Assembly (NCBI GenBank): GCA_965249115.1 | Contig: CBDFLI010000002.1 | Coordinates: 1,945,859 to 2,009,858, forward strand | Origin: Dehalococcoidia bacterium | Lineage (GTDB): Bacteria; Chloroflexota; Dehalococcoidia; Lucifugimonadales; QGNO01 | Direction: 5' to 3' | Length of the DNA: 64,000 nt | Part shown: positions 8,694-18,136 of the stretch, piece after piece | Layout of the letters: every line of letters begins with the position of its first letter | Position numbering within the stretch: the first letter of the stretch is position 1 | Translations under genes and position numbers: made by a program | Notes under the pieces: generated by a model | Seen by the model: the letters and a program-made list of their open reading frames with translations, nothing else | Told to the model about the DNA's origin: nothing | The model's database searches: none

Positions 8694-9593
8694 ATGGCAG
8701 GAATCATCTACGAGAAGAGAGACCACATCGCATTCGTTACCATAAACAACCCTGAGAAGGCCAACACCCTCCAGGACCAGGTCATGATCGAGTTGCGGGA
8801 CGCCTGGAAGGACGTTTGGGAGGACGGAGACGTCAGGGTGGCTGTCTTGACAGGCAAGGGCGACCGCCACTTCTGCGCGGGCCATGACCTGTCGCCCAGG
8901 CCGGGCCAGACGGAAGAGGACCGCAGGCGGGAGTTCGTCGAGCGCATCTTCTGGCCCTGGTCCCACAACAGCTCTTCCGACTACAAGGCTGTATACGGCA
9001 CCGTCAACGAATACCCTACGGGTGTGGACGGTCGCAGCGCGGGCCATTTCCCCCAGATCTGGAAGCCCGTCATCGGCGCCATCAACGGTTGGTGCGTGGG
9101 CGCCGGCTTCTACATGATGCTAACCACCACGGATATCCGTATCGCCAGCCGTGAGAACGCAAGGTTCCAGTACATGCTCCTGAACCAGGGCTGGTTGGGC
9201 AGTGGGCCCGGTGCCGCGCGGCTGCCGCGACAGGTAGCTCACGTAGATGCCATGAAGGTGCTGCTCATGGACGAACCCTTCGACGCCGAGGAAGCTCTGC
9301 GCATGCGACTCATCAATGAGGTGGTGCCCCATGACCAGTTGATGACCAGGGCGGAGGAGCTGGCCACACGGATCGCAAGCCTTGCGCCGGTCGCGGTTAG
9401 GATGATGAAGGAGTTCCTGATCCGGGGTAGGGACCTTCCCCTCGACGCCGCATGGCAGATGTCGCACCTGATGAACCATTTGACCGCCCAGCTCACCACC
9501 GACCCCGAGGAAGGTCGCAACGCATTTAATGAGAAGCGCGAGCGCGACTTCACCGGCGGCCTACGCGTGCCCGGCAACCCGGACGGCGTGTAG
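8694..9593 (+). CDS. Enoyl-CoA hydratase/isomerase (crotonase) family protein, paralog B
   Basis: 'IAFVTINNPEKANTL' and 'GKGDRHFCAGHDL' and 'NGWCVGAGFYMMLTTTDIRIA'. Confidence 0.85.
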   Translation: MAGIIYEKRDHIAFVTINNPEKANTLQDQVMIELRDAWKDVWEDGDVRVAVLTGKGDRHFCAGHDLSPRPGQTEEDRRREFVERIFWPWSHNSSSDYKAVYGTVNEYPTGVDGRSAGHFPQIWKPVIGAINGWCVGAGFYMMLTTTDIRIASRENARFQYMLLNQGWLGSGPGAARLPRQVAHVDAMKVLLMDEPFDAEEALRMRLINEVVPHDQLMTRAEELATRIASLAPVAVRMMKEFLIRGRDLPLDAAWQMSHLMNHLTAQLTTDPEEGRNAFNEKRERDFTGGLRVPGNPDGV

Positions 9594-9609
9594 GCCATCC
9601 AGGACAGGA

Positions 9610-9649
9610 ACGGCCCGGCCAGAGCGTATCCGCGTGGCGGCTGGGCCGT
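9610..9649. terminator. Stem-loop between convergent genes (possible bidirectional terminator)
   Basis: ACGGCCCGGCC (9610-9620) pairs with GGCTGGGCCGT (9639-9649): 11 bp with one G-U, 18-nt loop, weak T-run downstream. Confidence 0.35.
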
Positions 9650-9671
9650 TGGCTCTTTAGCCAGGTGCCAT

Positions 9672-10205
9672 TTAGATCGTAGAAAGCTCCACGATCTCCG
9701 CCGTCGCTTCACCGTCTTTCAGGGTCAGAAACCCTATCTGGCCCAGCCTGCTCATGTGCCCCGGGTTGGTTGGACTCCCCGGGTTCACGAAGAGCACGCC
9801 CTGACGCCAGCCGACAAACGGCATGTGCGTGTCCCCGCACACGATCACGTCAACCGCCTCCCCGAACTTGCGGTCCATCAGGCTTTCAAACGTAGTCCAG
9901 GGCGCGTCTTCCGGAAGCGGACAACCGTGGGTCAACCCGACCTTGAGCCCTTCCAGGTGGAGGACGTGGGCCTCTTTTACCCTGGGGTCGTTGTCGGGAA
10001 AGGGAGGCCTCAGGGGATGTCCGTCGCCGTTGCCCCTTGCTCCCAGGACCGGAGCAATCCCCTCCAGCCAGTCCAGCACGTCTATCACGTGCATGTCCCC
10101 CCCGTGGAGGATCAGGTCCACGCCGCGGAAGGCCTTGTACACCTGTGGAGGCAGTTCGCTGGCCGCCTCAGGTATGTGGGTATCAGATATGAGACCTATC
10201 AGCAA
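9672..10205 (-). CDS. Metallophosphoesterase, YfcE/MJ0936 phosphodiesterase family
   Basis: 'LISDTHIP', 'ILHGGDM', 'GNGD', 'VCGDTHMP' metallophosphatase motifs in a 177-aa protein. Confidence 0.8.
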   Translation of the reverse strand: MLIGLISDTHIPEAASELPPQVYKAFRGVDLILHGGDMHVIDVLDWLEGIAPVLGARGNGDGHPLRPPFPDNDPRVKEAHVLHLEGLKVGLTHGCPLPEDAPWTTFESLMDRKFGEAVDVIVCGDTHMPFVGWRQGVLFVNPGSPTNPGHMSRLGQIGFLTLKDGEATAEIVELSTI

Positions 10206-10304
10206 TCGGACCCTCTCCTGACGGCGCTACCTAAATTCCCCAGCCTGACCTCGCCCCAGCGTAACCTTGCCCAGCCTAACATCGGATACACCCGGGCCGC
10301 CCGT

Positions 10305-11048
10305 TCAGGGAATGTGGACCGACTCCACGCTCACACCGGTCCCGGGTTCCAACGTGACAAGGGCCGCGGTGTGTTTGGTGCCACCGGACGGAGCGCCGCT
10401 ATAGAAGGCCTGCGCCGGTCCCCGCGTAACGTCCCTGAACACATGGGTGTGACCCAGCGCTATGTAGTCGCAGTTGGCCTCAGCCAGCTCCTGCGGAGTG
10501 ATGGGCGATCCCCGTTCGGCAAGCGAAGCTCCATCCAGCACGATGCCGTGGCCAATCACCACATACCAGCCGTTGTTGGGCCTGGGCGGCAGCCCTTCCA
10601 GGGGATGAAAGGCCGGTTCGTGGTTATGGACCGCACGCCCCCAGACCGAGAGACCCAACTCTTCGAACTGAACAAGCTCACCAACGGGGTTGTTTATGAC
10701 GTGGACTCCTCCCAGTGGTCCGTCAAACCCGTGGGAGTTGGATGTTAGAAGTGTATCGTGGTTGCCCGGCAGAATTACCACGGGGCGATTCAACCCGGCC
10801 AGCGACTCAAAAACGTGTGAAACCAGCCCCGCTGGCACGCCTCGCCGGTCGAACAGGTCCCCCGCAATGAGTACCCCGTCCACAGGGACACGCCGCGCAA
10901 TTTCCAGTATGGCGCCAAAGCCCTCCAGGGCCTCTTTGGGATATGAGTCGCTGCCAACGTGCAGGTCAGATGTGTGCAAGAGCGTCAACCGCTTGTTCGT
11001 ATGGTCACGGTTGCTACTTCGTGCGTTCGTCAAGTGGTCTCCATGCAT
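10305..11048 (-). CDS. Calcineurin-like metallophosphoesterase (SbcD/Mre11-fold)
   Basis: 'LLHTSDLHVG', 'LIAGDLFD', 'ILPGNHD', 'GHGI', 'ALGHTH' motifs. Confidence 0.75.
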   Translation of the reverse strand: MHGDHLTNARSSNRDHTNKRLTLLHTSDLHVGSDSYPKEALEGFGAILEIARRVPVDGVLIAGDLFDRRGVPAGLVSHVFESLAGLNRPVVILPGNHDTLLTSNSHGFDGPLGGVHVINNPVGELVQFEELGLSVWGRAVHNHEPAFHPLEGLPPRPNNGWYVVIGHGIVLDGASLAERGSPITPQELAEANCDYIALGHTHVFRDVTRGPAQAFYSGAPSGGTKHTAALVTLEPGTGVSVESVHIP

Positions 11049-11184
11049 ATGTAGGGTTGAGCATTGGAGGAAATATCAGAGAGCGTGCCACTTTACGGAA
11101 ACAGTGTCAAGGTGGCAATCAGACCGGCCACGGGTAATATGGCTACCAGTGACCGGTCAGGTGACTCTCTACTCCTACAACTGC

Positions 11185-11517
11185 CTAACCGTGTGACCTG
11201 ACTTCCAGTATAGCCGTCTCGAACACGGCCTTGATGCTATGGTCTACGCCGGGAGGATGCTTGAAAGCGTCGCCTTCGCTCACGGTGAAAGTCTCGCCTC
11301 CAATTGTTATCTCGGCCTGGCCCCTTATCACAAAACACAGCGTCTCGTACTTATGTGAGTGGACAGGCGAACTGGAGCCGTTTTCGTAGCCTATCCTCAG
11401 CATGGTCAGTTCGTCGCCCTGGAGCAGATTTTTCACCCTGGCGGCGCCACTGACCGGCAACCCTTCTTCCGTGTCGTATGCCTCATAACCTACTTCCAAA
11501 GTCCTTGCCACAACCAT
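11185..11517 (-). CDS. Cupin domain protein
   Basis: 110 aa. 'SPVHSHKYETLCFVIRGQAEITIGGETFTVSEGDAFKHPPGVDHS' matches the two-motif cupin pattern. Confidence 0.7.
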   Translation of the reverse strand: MVVARTLEVGYEAYDTEEGLPVSGAARVKNLLQGDELTMLRIGYENGSSSPVHSHKYETLCFVIRGQAEITIGGETFTVSEGDAFKHPPGVDHSIKAVFETAILEVRSHG

Positions 11518-11589
11518 GTCATTGCCTCCATTTACAATAGAGTGGTAAATAGTTTCCGGGTCCCAGGACGTCGGTACATTAGGCCGATG

Positions 11590-12441
11590 CTAGGAACGCG
11601 TTGACCCTGTAACCTTACGGGGCCGCTTCTCCAGGAAGGCACGGGCACCCTCCAGGGCGTCATCGGAGTGCGTGGCGGCGAGGTGGTTGAACACCCATTG
11701 CATATGCCAGGCCTGGTCCTGCGTCAGGTCTTGACCGCGTATTAGAAACTCCTTCAGGAACCGAACGGCTATCGGCGGATGCGACGCTATCTTTTCGGCG
11801 ATCTCCTCACAGCGGGCCATCAGCCGGTCGTGGGGTACCGCTTCGTTCACCAGACCGACCCGCACCGCCTCTTCGGCCCCAATGGGCTCGTCCATCAACA
11901 GGAACTGCATGGCGTGCGCGTAGTTCAACTGTTTCATGACCCGGGTAGCCGAAGGGCCGCTCCCTATTCCACCCAGGTTCGTTGTGAACGCATAGAAGAA
12001 CCGGGCGTGCTCTATGCAGGCTACGCGGACGTCTATTGTGGTGAGGGTCATGTACAGGCCCGCTCCCGCGGCCCAACCGTTTATGGCGCCGACCACCGGC
12101 TTGTAGATCTGCGGAAAGTCAACGCCGCCGTTGAACACGGCGATTTCCCGACCATTGACCGTGCCAGCCCTGGGATAAATAAACCGGTCAATTCCCTGCT
12201 GCCTACGCTCTTCCTCCGACATCCCCGGCGGCGGCGGCTGTATGTGGTGGCCCGCGGAGAAATGCCGGTCACCAATGCCGGTGACTATCAAGCACCGTAA
12301 GTCTCTGTCTTCCCAGTAGTCCTTATACGCCTCCCCCATCTCCTCTATCACCTGGGAGTCCATCACGTTTGCCTTCTCGGGGTTGTTGACGGTTAGATAG
12401 GCAATGGCCCCCTTCTTCTCATAGATCGTCTTCTTTGCCAT
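11590..12441 (-). CDS. Enoyl-CoA hydratase/isomerase (crotonase) family protein, paralog A2
   Basis: Alignable with paralog A1 from residue 1 ('KKTIYEKKGAIAYLTVNNPEKANVMDSQVIEEMGEAYKDYWEDRD...GIGDRHFSAGHHIQPPPPGM'). Confidence 0.85.
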   Translation of the reverse strand: MAKKTIYEKKGAIAYLTVNNPEKANVMDSQVIEEMGEAYKDYWEDRDLRCLIVTGIGDRHFSAGHHIQPPPPGMSEEERRQQGIDRFIYPRAGTVNGREIAVFNGGVDFPQIYKPVVGAINGWAAGAGLYMTLTTIDVRVACIEHARFFYAFTTNLGGIGSGPSATRVMKQLNYAHAMQFLLMDEPIGAEEAVRVGLVNEAVPHDRLMARCEEIAEKIASHPPIAVRFLKEFLIRGQDLTQDQAWHMQWVFNHLAATHSDDALEGARAFLEKRPRKVTGSTRS

Positions 12442-12467
12442 AACTCCCTCCTCAGTTTTGTGCCATC

Positions 12468-12496
12468 TCTATATCCCTATTTTCACGATTAGTCAA
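12468..12496 (-). promoter_or_regulatory. Candidate sigma70-type promoter for crotonase A2
   Basis: On the minus strand: TTGACT, 17-nt spacer, TATAGA. It lies about 25 nt upstream of the GAGGAGGGAG RBS and ATG. Confidence 0.4.
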
Positions 12497-12694
12497 CCTG
12501 TTCAAAGACTTGCGATACAATTGGCCTCTGGACCCCTCATCCGTTGCGAATGTCGTCAGGCAGAGATGATATAATGGTTCCGCTGTTTGCCTTTCGGCAT
12601 TCTCCGCCCGTCGCAGTTTCGATTCTCGCTGAGGTATTGGCAGCAAGATGCTGCGTTTTGGGCTATTGCCTAACTATTTCATCAGTATTCTTTC

Positions 12695-12723
12695 TTGACA
12701 CACACCTGGTGTTGTGCTAAAAC
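12695..12723 (+). promoter_or_regulatory. Candidate sigma70-type promoter for the CapA-like/ABC locus
   Basis: TTGACA (12695-12700), 17-nt spacer, TAAAAC (12718-12723), about 60 nt upstream of the ATG at 12781. Confidence 0.4.
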
Positions 12724-12780
12724 ATTGTTCATTCTCTTATAGGTGTTCGCGGGTTCGAAAATCGGGCTGGTAAGGCAACT

Positions 12781-14154
12781 ATGCTATACGATTCTCAGAC
12801 CGGCAATATGAATATGGCCTTAACCGGTGAGTCCTTGATCACTCGAGGGCTCAAGACTTTCCGTGAAGAGCGGTTCCTCAAGCTAGTGGACATCCTCCGC
12901 AACGCTGACGTCACATTTACCAATGCGGAAGTGACATTCCACAACTCCGAAGGATCCCCCTGCGAGGAAACTGATGGCACCTACATGAGGTGCGACCCAC
13001 GATTCTTGGAAGACCTGAAGTGGGCAGGATTTGACGTTGCTGCATGCGCTATGAACCATGCTTACGACTCTACCGAAGTAGGGGTACTGAAAAACATAGA
13101 GAACCTGAACGCCTACGGCATCGTCAACGCCGGCACTGGTAAGAACATGACTCTGGCGAGGGCACCGGGCTATCTGGATACGTCCAAGGGGCGAGTTGCG
13201 CTATTATCGGCAACCGACCATATCGATGTGCCAGCGGGGAGAGCAGGCGAAGAGCGTCCGGATATGAAGGGTAGACCGGGTGCCAACGTGCTCCAGGTTA
13301 AGGAGATCTACACTGTCGACCGCGCTACCTTCGACGATCTGCGGCGCATAAGCGACAAAGTGGGATTTGAGGCGCAGAAGGCGGCCGCTCGCAGAGGCAG
13401 GTACCCGCAGGGTCGTGACGTTGATACCGACACGCTCCTTCATTTTGGCCCAGGCATAGGTGGCCGTGACTATTCCCGTGGCCGAGGCATACTGCGGTTT
13501 CAGTTGGGTGAGGATTTCGGGTACACCACAATAATTGACGATGAGGATTGGGAGGGAAACCTAAAGTGGATCAGGGATGCCAGGCGCATGGCAGACTGGA
13601 TACTATACAGCTTTCACTGCGGCTACAGAGGTCAATCTGGGGATGACCCACCCGACCATCTAATCAAGATCGCCCACGAAGCCATAGACAACGGCGTTGA
13701 CGTGTTTATTGGTCATGGGCCCCACCGGGACAAGGGCATCGAGATCTACAAGGGCAGGCCCATCTTCTACAGCATAGGAGACTTCATCCTCCAGAACGAT
13801 ACTCCTGAATTCCAGACAGCCGATGGTTACGCCAGGTATGGATTAACCTGGGAAAACACACCTGCGGATTTTTACGACGCACGGAGCTTAGAGCAGACCG
13901 TTGCCCAGGATATCAATCCTGAGAACTGGCAGAGTCACGTAGCGGTCCTGGAGTGGAAAGGCAAGGAGTTGAAGGAGATAAAGCTCCATCCCATAGACCT
14001 AGGGATAGGGTTGCCCATGGGGCAACGTGGGCGGCCTGTTCTGGCAGATGGAGACGTGGCGAATGAGATCCTGGAGCGGCTCCAGCGGTGTTCGAAACGG
14101 TTCAATACAAGGATAGATGCTGTAGATGGGATAGGAGTGATCAAAGTCGGTTAA
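12781..14154 (+). CDS. CapA (PGA_cap) family metallophosphatase-fold protein, divergent paralog 1
   Basis: 'NAEVTFHN', 'MNHAYDSTEVG', 'IGHGPHRDKGIEIYKGRPIFYSIGDF'. It is alignable along its length to the two downstream paralogs. Confidence 0.75.
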   Translation: MLYDSQTGNMNMALTGESLITRGLKTFREERFLKLVDILRNADVTFTNAEVTFHNSEGSPCEETDGTYMRCDPRFLEDLKWAGFDVAACAMNHAYDSTEVGVLKNIENLNAYGIVNAGTGKNMTLARAPGYLDTSKGRVALLSATDHIDVPAGRAGEERPDMKGRPGANVLQVKEIYTVDRATFDDLRRISDKVGFEAQKAAARRGRYPQGRDVDTDTLLHFGPGIGGRDYSRGRGILRFQLGEDFGYTTIIDDEDWEGNLKWIRDARRMADWILYSFHCGYRGQSGDDPPDHLIKIAHEAIDNGVDVFIGHGPHRDKGIEIYKGRPIFYSIGDFILQNDTPEFQTADGYARYGLTWENTPADFYDARSLEQTVAQDINPENWQSHVAVLEWKGKELKEIKLHPIDLGIGLPMGQRGRPVLADGDVANEILERLQRCSKRFNTRIDAVDGIGVIKVG

Positions 14155-14253
14155 TTCCGGAAAACGACTTATCCGTGCCTTGGTCCCGGAGGACGAAGGC
14201 AAACGGGAATAATCGGTAGAGTACTTAAGCTAAGTGTAGGAGGGTGCGTAGAT

Positions 14254-16107
14254 ATGAGACATTGGATCAACCTCAGGGCTATCTTGGGTGCAAGCCTGGC
14301 AGTGGGACTGCTGGTAAGCCTGGCTTGCGGTTCATCGGAAGAGGATACACCGACGCCTCGGGCGGTGCCCACCGCGACGGCGACGCCGTTCAGCGCTGTC
14401 CCATCGCCGGCTGCCTCCCCAACACCCACCGAGACCGCTGACAAGGCCGTTTACGGTGGCACCGTTAGGATAGCGACTGGCAATGTACGGAGCCTGGACA
14501 TAGGCACCATCGCCGGCAACCCCAGCGAGTACAACGCTATGCAGCAGTGGATGAGCCAGCTTGTCCGGGTCAGCATCGCCGACCGGGTGACCGTTGAGGG
14601 CGACCTGGCCGAGTCCTGGAGTGTCAGCGGCGACGGCACCGCGTATACATTCAAGCTGCGGGATGACCTGATAGACCACGCCGGCAACAAGTGGACTGCC
14701 GACGACGTGGCCTACGCCGTGTGGAAGATCATCGCTCGGCCACTCAACGACCCGCTCCGCCGAATCCTTTGCTGGGAAGCGGGGGCCGCGGAGGCGGACC
14801 CCAACGGGCCTGCACCCGGAACGGCTGTAGAGGTGACCGGTGAGTTGGAGTTCGTCGTCCGGACGAGTGATCCTATTGGTTGGTATATGGCATGTATGGC
14901 CCAGCACTTCTCTCTGATTGGCCCGGGAGACGGGTACAGGAAGATCGTCGCTGAAGGCGAGTTCCGGGAGCTTTCCCCCGAAGGTGGCGAGCTCATCGGT
15001 ACTGGCCCGTTCAAGGTAGCTGAGTACGTCCGCGGGAACAGGATCGCCTTCGAGCGGCACGACCAGTTCTTCCGGGAGGGCCTTCCGTACATTGACCGGA
15101 TAGAATACGCTCATGTGACGGAGGTCGTCACTGAGATCGCGGCCATACGGTCGCGGCGCGCAGATGGTTATCTCTTCGGTGAATGCTGTGCCCCACAATA
15201 CTCAGACGTAGCTCCCCTTAAGGCGTCCATGGGAGTCGAGTTAATTGTCCCTCAGGCCTTCGCTTACGGAACGGGCAGCTTCATAGCCAACCTCCAGCGG
15301 CCGCCGCTTGGCCCGCAGGACGACCCCACGGCCAAGAAGATCCGCAACGCCATCCAGCTCTACATTGACCGCCAGCTTCACAACGATTTGGGTTACGATG
15401 GTCTCGCGATTCAGATCTTCTTCTACTGGTGCGGGTTCGAATGGATTTACAGCTGCGACGAGTGGAAGGAGCTACCTGGATTCGCCGAAGACCCCGACAA
15501 AAAGGCGGTAGAGCAGGCCGAGGCCATAGCCATCATGGAGTCCCTGGGCTACGGCCCCGACAACATGTTGGAGTTGGTACTGCTCGCCGGCACGGGGGCT
15601 GGCCAGCGCAGGACCGAGGTCCTGCTGGAAGAGTTGAAGGGGATGTATATTGATGGGCAGTTGCGCATACCGCCTGCTGGCGAGTCGGTGTACGAGGACC
15701 AGTTTGCGGGAAGGTTCGACCTCGCGGACGACGTGTCCGGCTACGGCTTGCTGGACCCAATAATCTTCGACACCAACAAGTACCTGCCACTTGAAATGGG
15801 TAGCGAAAACTACGGCCGCTGGGAGAGCCAGGAGTGGATGGACCTGTACAAGAGGCAGTTGCCCATGATGGACCTAGAGGCACGTGGAGCGGTCTACCGG
15901 GAGATGATAGATATCCTTATGGAGGACCTGCCCCAATTTACGATGAACCGGCTCCAACCGCTTCACCCGTACAATGCTCGCGTGAAGGGCTTTACTCCCA
16001 AGACGATCCATGCCTCGTCCGCCAGCCTGGAGTCGGTATGGATTGGAGAAGCTACGGGTTCACCGGAGCAACTGGCGACGGACGTCTTCTATACAGGGAA
16101 GTACTAG
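14254..16107 (+). CDS. ABC transporter substrate-binding lipoprotein, family 5 (peptide/nickel type)
   Basis: Signal peptide with lipobox 'LVSLAC|GSS', a T/P/A-rich linker and a 617-aa SBP_bac_5-like body. It is followed by two DppB/C-type permeases. Confidence 0.8.
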   Translation: MRHWINLRAILGASLAVGLLVSLACGSSEEDTPTPRAVPTATATPFSAVPSPAASPTPTETADKAVYGGTVRIATGNVRSLDIGTIAGNPSEYNAMQQWMSQLVRVSIADRVTVEGDLAESWSVSGDGTAYTFKLRDDLIDHAGNKWTADDVAYAVWKIIARPLNDPLRRILCWEAGAAEADPNGPAPGTAVEVTGELEFVVRTSDPIGWYMACMAQHFSLIGPGDGYRKIVAEGEFRELSPEGGELIGTGPFKVAEYVRGNRIAFERHDQFFREGLPYIDRIEYAHVTEVVTEIAAIRSRRADGYLFGECCAPQYSDVAPLKASMGVELIVPQAFAYGTGSFIANLQRPPLGPQDDPTAKKIRNAIQLYIDRQLHNDLGYDGLAIQIFFYWCGFEWIYSCDEWKELPGFAEDPDKKAVEQAEAIAIMESLGYGPDNMLELVLLAGTGAGQRRTEVLLEELKGMYIDGQLRIPPAGESVYEDQFAGRFDLADDVSGYGLLDPIIFDTNKYLPLEMGSENYGRWESQEWMDLYKRQLPMMDLEARGAVYREMIDILMEDLPQFTMNRLQPLHPYNARVKGFTPKTIHASSASLESVWIGEATGSPEQLATDVFYTGKY

Positions 16108-16115
16108 GTATCTCT

Positions 16116-16147
16116 GGTGACGCCCGCCTGACAAGGTGGGCGTCACC
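16116..16147 (+). terminator. Intra-operon stem-loop after the SBP gene (attenuating or stabilising hairpin)
   Basis: Perfect 10-bp stem GGTGACGCCC / GGGCGTCACC with a 12-nt loop. There is no U-run. Confidence 0.45.
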
Positions 16148-16213
16148 AGGCTTCGCCCAACATCACATATAATGCCTGACATCATCACCTGATAGCCTGG
16201 CTCAAGGAATGCG

Positions 16214-17173
16214 ATGCGTGCCTACGTAATCAAGAGGCTTTTGCTATTCATACCCACCATAATCGGTGCGTCCATAGTGATCTTTGCCATGCTCCGTATT
16301 CTGCCTGGAGACGTGGCGGCGACGATCTTACAGGCGGGTGACCCGGAGAGCACGGTGACCGAGGAGGCGCGGTTGAGGGTGGCGGAGAAATTGGGACTGG
16401 ACACGCCAATCTACCTCCAGTATCTGGAATGGGTGTGGGGCCTCATCCGCTTCGATCTTGGTGATTCCTACATCTTGGGTACACCAGTTGTTGATCAGTT
16501 GAAGTTGCAGTTCCCCGTGACCATGCATATCGCCGTCCTTTCTGCCTTTTTTGTCGCCATTATCTCCATACCGATAGGAGTCCTGGCAGCGGTCTACCAG
16601 GACAAATGGCCGGACTACATCCTCCGCAGTATCGCTATCGTGGGTCTCGCAATGCCCGGCTTCTTCGTGGGCCTGTTGTTTGTCCTGATTCTCTCGATAG
16701 TCTTTGAGTGGTTGCCACCCTTTGGCTTTGTCTACGTGTGGCAGGACCCCTGGCTTTCTTTTCAGCAGACGGTATTCCCTGCGCTGGCCATCGGATTCTC
16801 CAGCAGCGGTTACATCCTTAGGATGACCCGTGGCCAGATGCTGGAGGTGCTGCGGGACGACTATGTTCGTACCGCCCGTGCCAAGGGCCTGTCCGAGCGT
16901 ACCGTCATCTTGCGGCACGCCCTCCGTAATGCCCTGCTGCCAGTGATAACGCTGTTTGGCTTTCAGGTGGCGTTCCTCTTCGGTGGCACCGTGGTCATTG
17001 AGATCATCTTCGCCATTCCAGGGATGGGGAACGCACTTATCGAGTCCGTGCTCCTCAAGGATTTGCCTGTAGTTCAAACCTACGTGATGTACATTATCCT
17101 GTTGGTTATGACGGTAAATCTGCTCGTGGACATGGCCTACGCCTGGCTTGACCCGCGTATCCAGTACGCCTAG
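16214..17173 (+). CDS. ABC transporter permease (DppB/OppB-like)
   Basis: 319 aa, multi-TM. 'DYVRTARAKGLSERTVILRHALRNALLPVIT' is the classic EAA-loop region of peptide-type permeases. Confidence 0.9.
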   Translation: MRAYVIKRLLLFIPTIIGASIVIFAMLRILPGDVAATILQAGDPESTVTEEARLRVAEKLGLDTPIYLQYLEWVWGLIRFDLGDSYILGTPVVDQLKLQFPVTMHIAVLSAFFVAIISIPIGVLAAVYQDKWPDYILRSIAIVGLAMPGFFVGLLFVLILSIVFEWLPPFGFVYVWQDPWLSFQQTVFPALAIGFSSSGYILRMTRGQMLEVLRDDYVRTARAKGLSERTVILRHALRNALLPVITLFGFQVAFLFGGTVVIEIIFAIPGMGNALIESVLLKDLPVVQTYVMYIILLVMTVNLLVDMAYAWLDPRIQYA

Positions 17174-17197
17174 TGGACACAAAGCGCTGGATGGCCG

Positions 17198-18136
17198 GTG
17201 CAGAAGAAGACAGTTTTAGCAACAATCGAGGACTATATGCAAGAACGGTCGGTTGGAATCGTGTTGGTAAGGCCCGAACGGCACGTGCTAGTTCAGGCTA
17301 CCGTTACCCTTGGAAGGTTCGCCAGGCGAAAACCTCTGGGCGCCGCTGGAATTGCCATCATTGTGCTGGCGGTGGCAGCAGCCTTACTAGGGCCTAGCCT
17401 GGCGCCTTACGACCCGTGGGAGATGCACCGCCTGGACAGGTTTCAGTCGCCTAGCATGTCATATCTTTTGGGCACCGACAACTTGGGGCGCGACATATTC
17501 AGCCGGACGCTCTACGGTACCCGAGTGTCCCTGTACGTCGGGCTAATAACCATGATAATTTCTGCTGCGGGTGGCCTCGCATTAGGTGTAGGCACTGCCT
17601 ACATAGGTGGAAAGTTTGACCTGATCATTCAACGGTTCGTGGATACAGTGATTGCAACCCCTACCTTGATACTGGCATTGGCCCTCATAGCTGCGCTGGG
17701 TCCGTCCATCAATAACGTGATTCTGGCTATTGCCATCGTGCAGACTCCACGCATAACGCGGGTTATCAGGTCCGCCGCCTTGAGCATCAAACAGACTCCC
17801 TACATTGATTCGGCAAGGGCCATGGGGGGTACTAACCTTAGAATCATGCTGAGGCACGTGGCACCAAATACCTTCGGCCCTTTGCTCATAGTAGCGACTT
17901 CCGCCATCGGCTCCATCATCATTACCGAGTCCACACTCAGCTTCCTTGGCCTGGGGGTGGACGCGGAGACGATTACGTGGGGCGTGCTGCTGAGCGGAGA
18001 TACACGACAGTACATCTCCGGCGCTCCCTGGATGGCCCTCGGCCCCGGGTTCGCGATAACGCTCGTGGTATTCGGCGTCAACATGTTGGGAGATGCCCTG
18101 CGAGACGTGTTGGACCCCAAGCTGCGGGGCCGGTAG
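17198..18136 (+). CDS. ABC transporter permease (DppC/OppC-like)
   Basis: 'LLGTDNLGRDIFSRTLYGTRVSL' and 'YIDSARAMGGTNLRIMLRHVAPN' motifs. The start is uncertain (GTG at 17198 or ATG at 17237). Confidence 0.9.
   Translation: MQKKTVLATIEDYMQERSVGIVLVRPERHVLVQATVTLGRFARRKPLGAAGIAIIVLAVAAALLGPSLAPYDPWEMHRLDRFQSPSMSYLLGTDNLGRDIFSRTLYGTRVSLYVGLITMIISAAGGLALGVGTAYIGGKFDLIIQRFVDTVIATPTLILALALIAALGPSINNVILAIAIVQTPRITRVIRSAALSIKQTPYIDSARAMGGTNLRIMLRHVAPNTFGPLLIVATSAIGSIIITESTLSFLGLGVDAETITWGVLLSGDTRQYISGAPWMALGPGFAITLVVFGVNMLGDALRDVLDPKLRGR

Noticed and set aside
9756-10748. 330-aa plus-strand ORF spanning two genes' worth of sequence
   Set aside because: It lies antisense to two well-supported metallophosphoesterase genes whose motifs are unambiguous. 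It has Arg/Pro/Gly-rich composition with no recognisable domain, which is typical of a GC-rich antisense frame.
12730-12760. GGTTCGAAAATC resembling a tRNA T-arm
   Set aside because: No acceptor stem, anticodon arm or D-arm could be built around it. It lies in the 5' UTR of the CapA-like gene.
14332-15198. 288-aa minus-strand ORF
   Set aside because: It lies antisense to the ABC substrate-binding protein gene and has no independent support.
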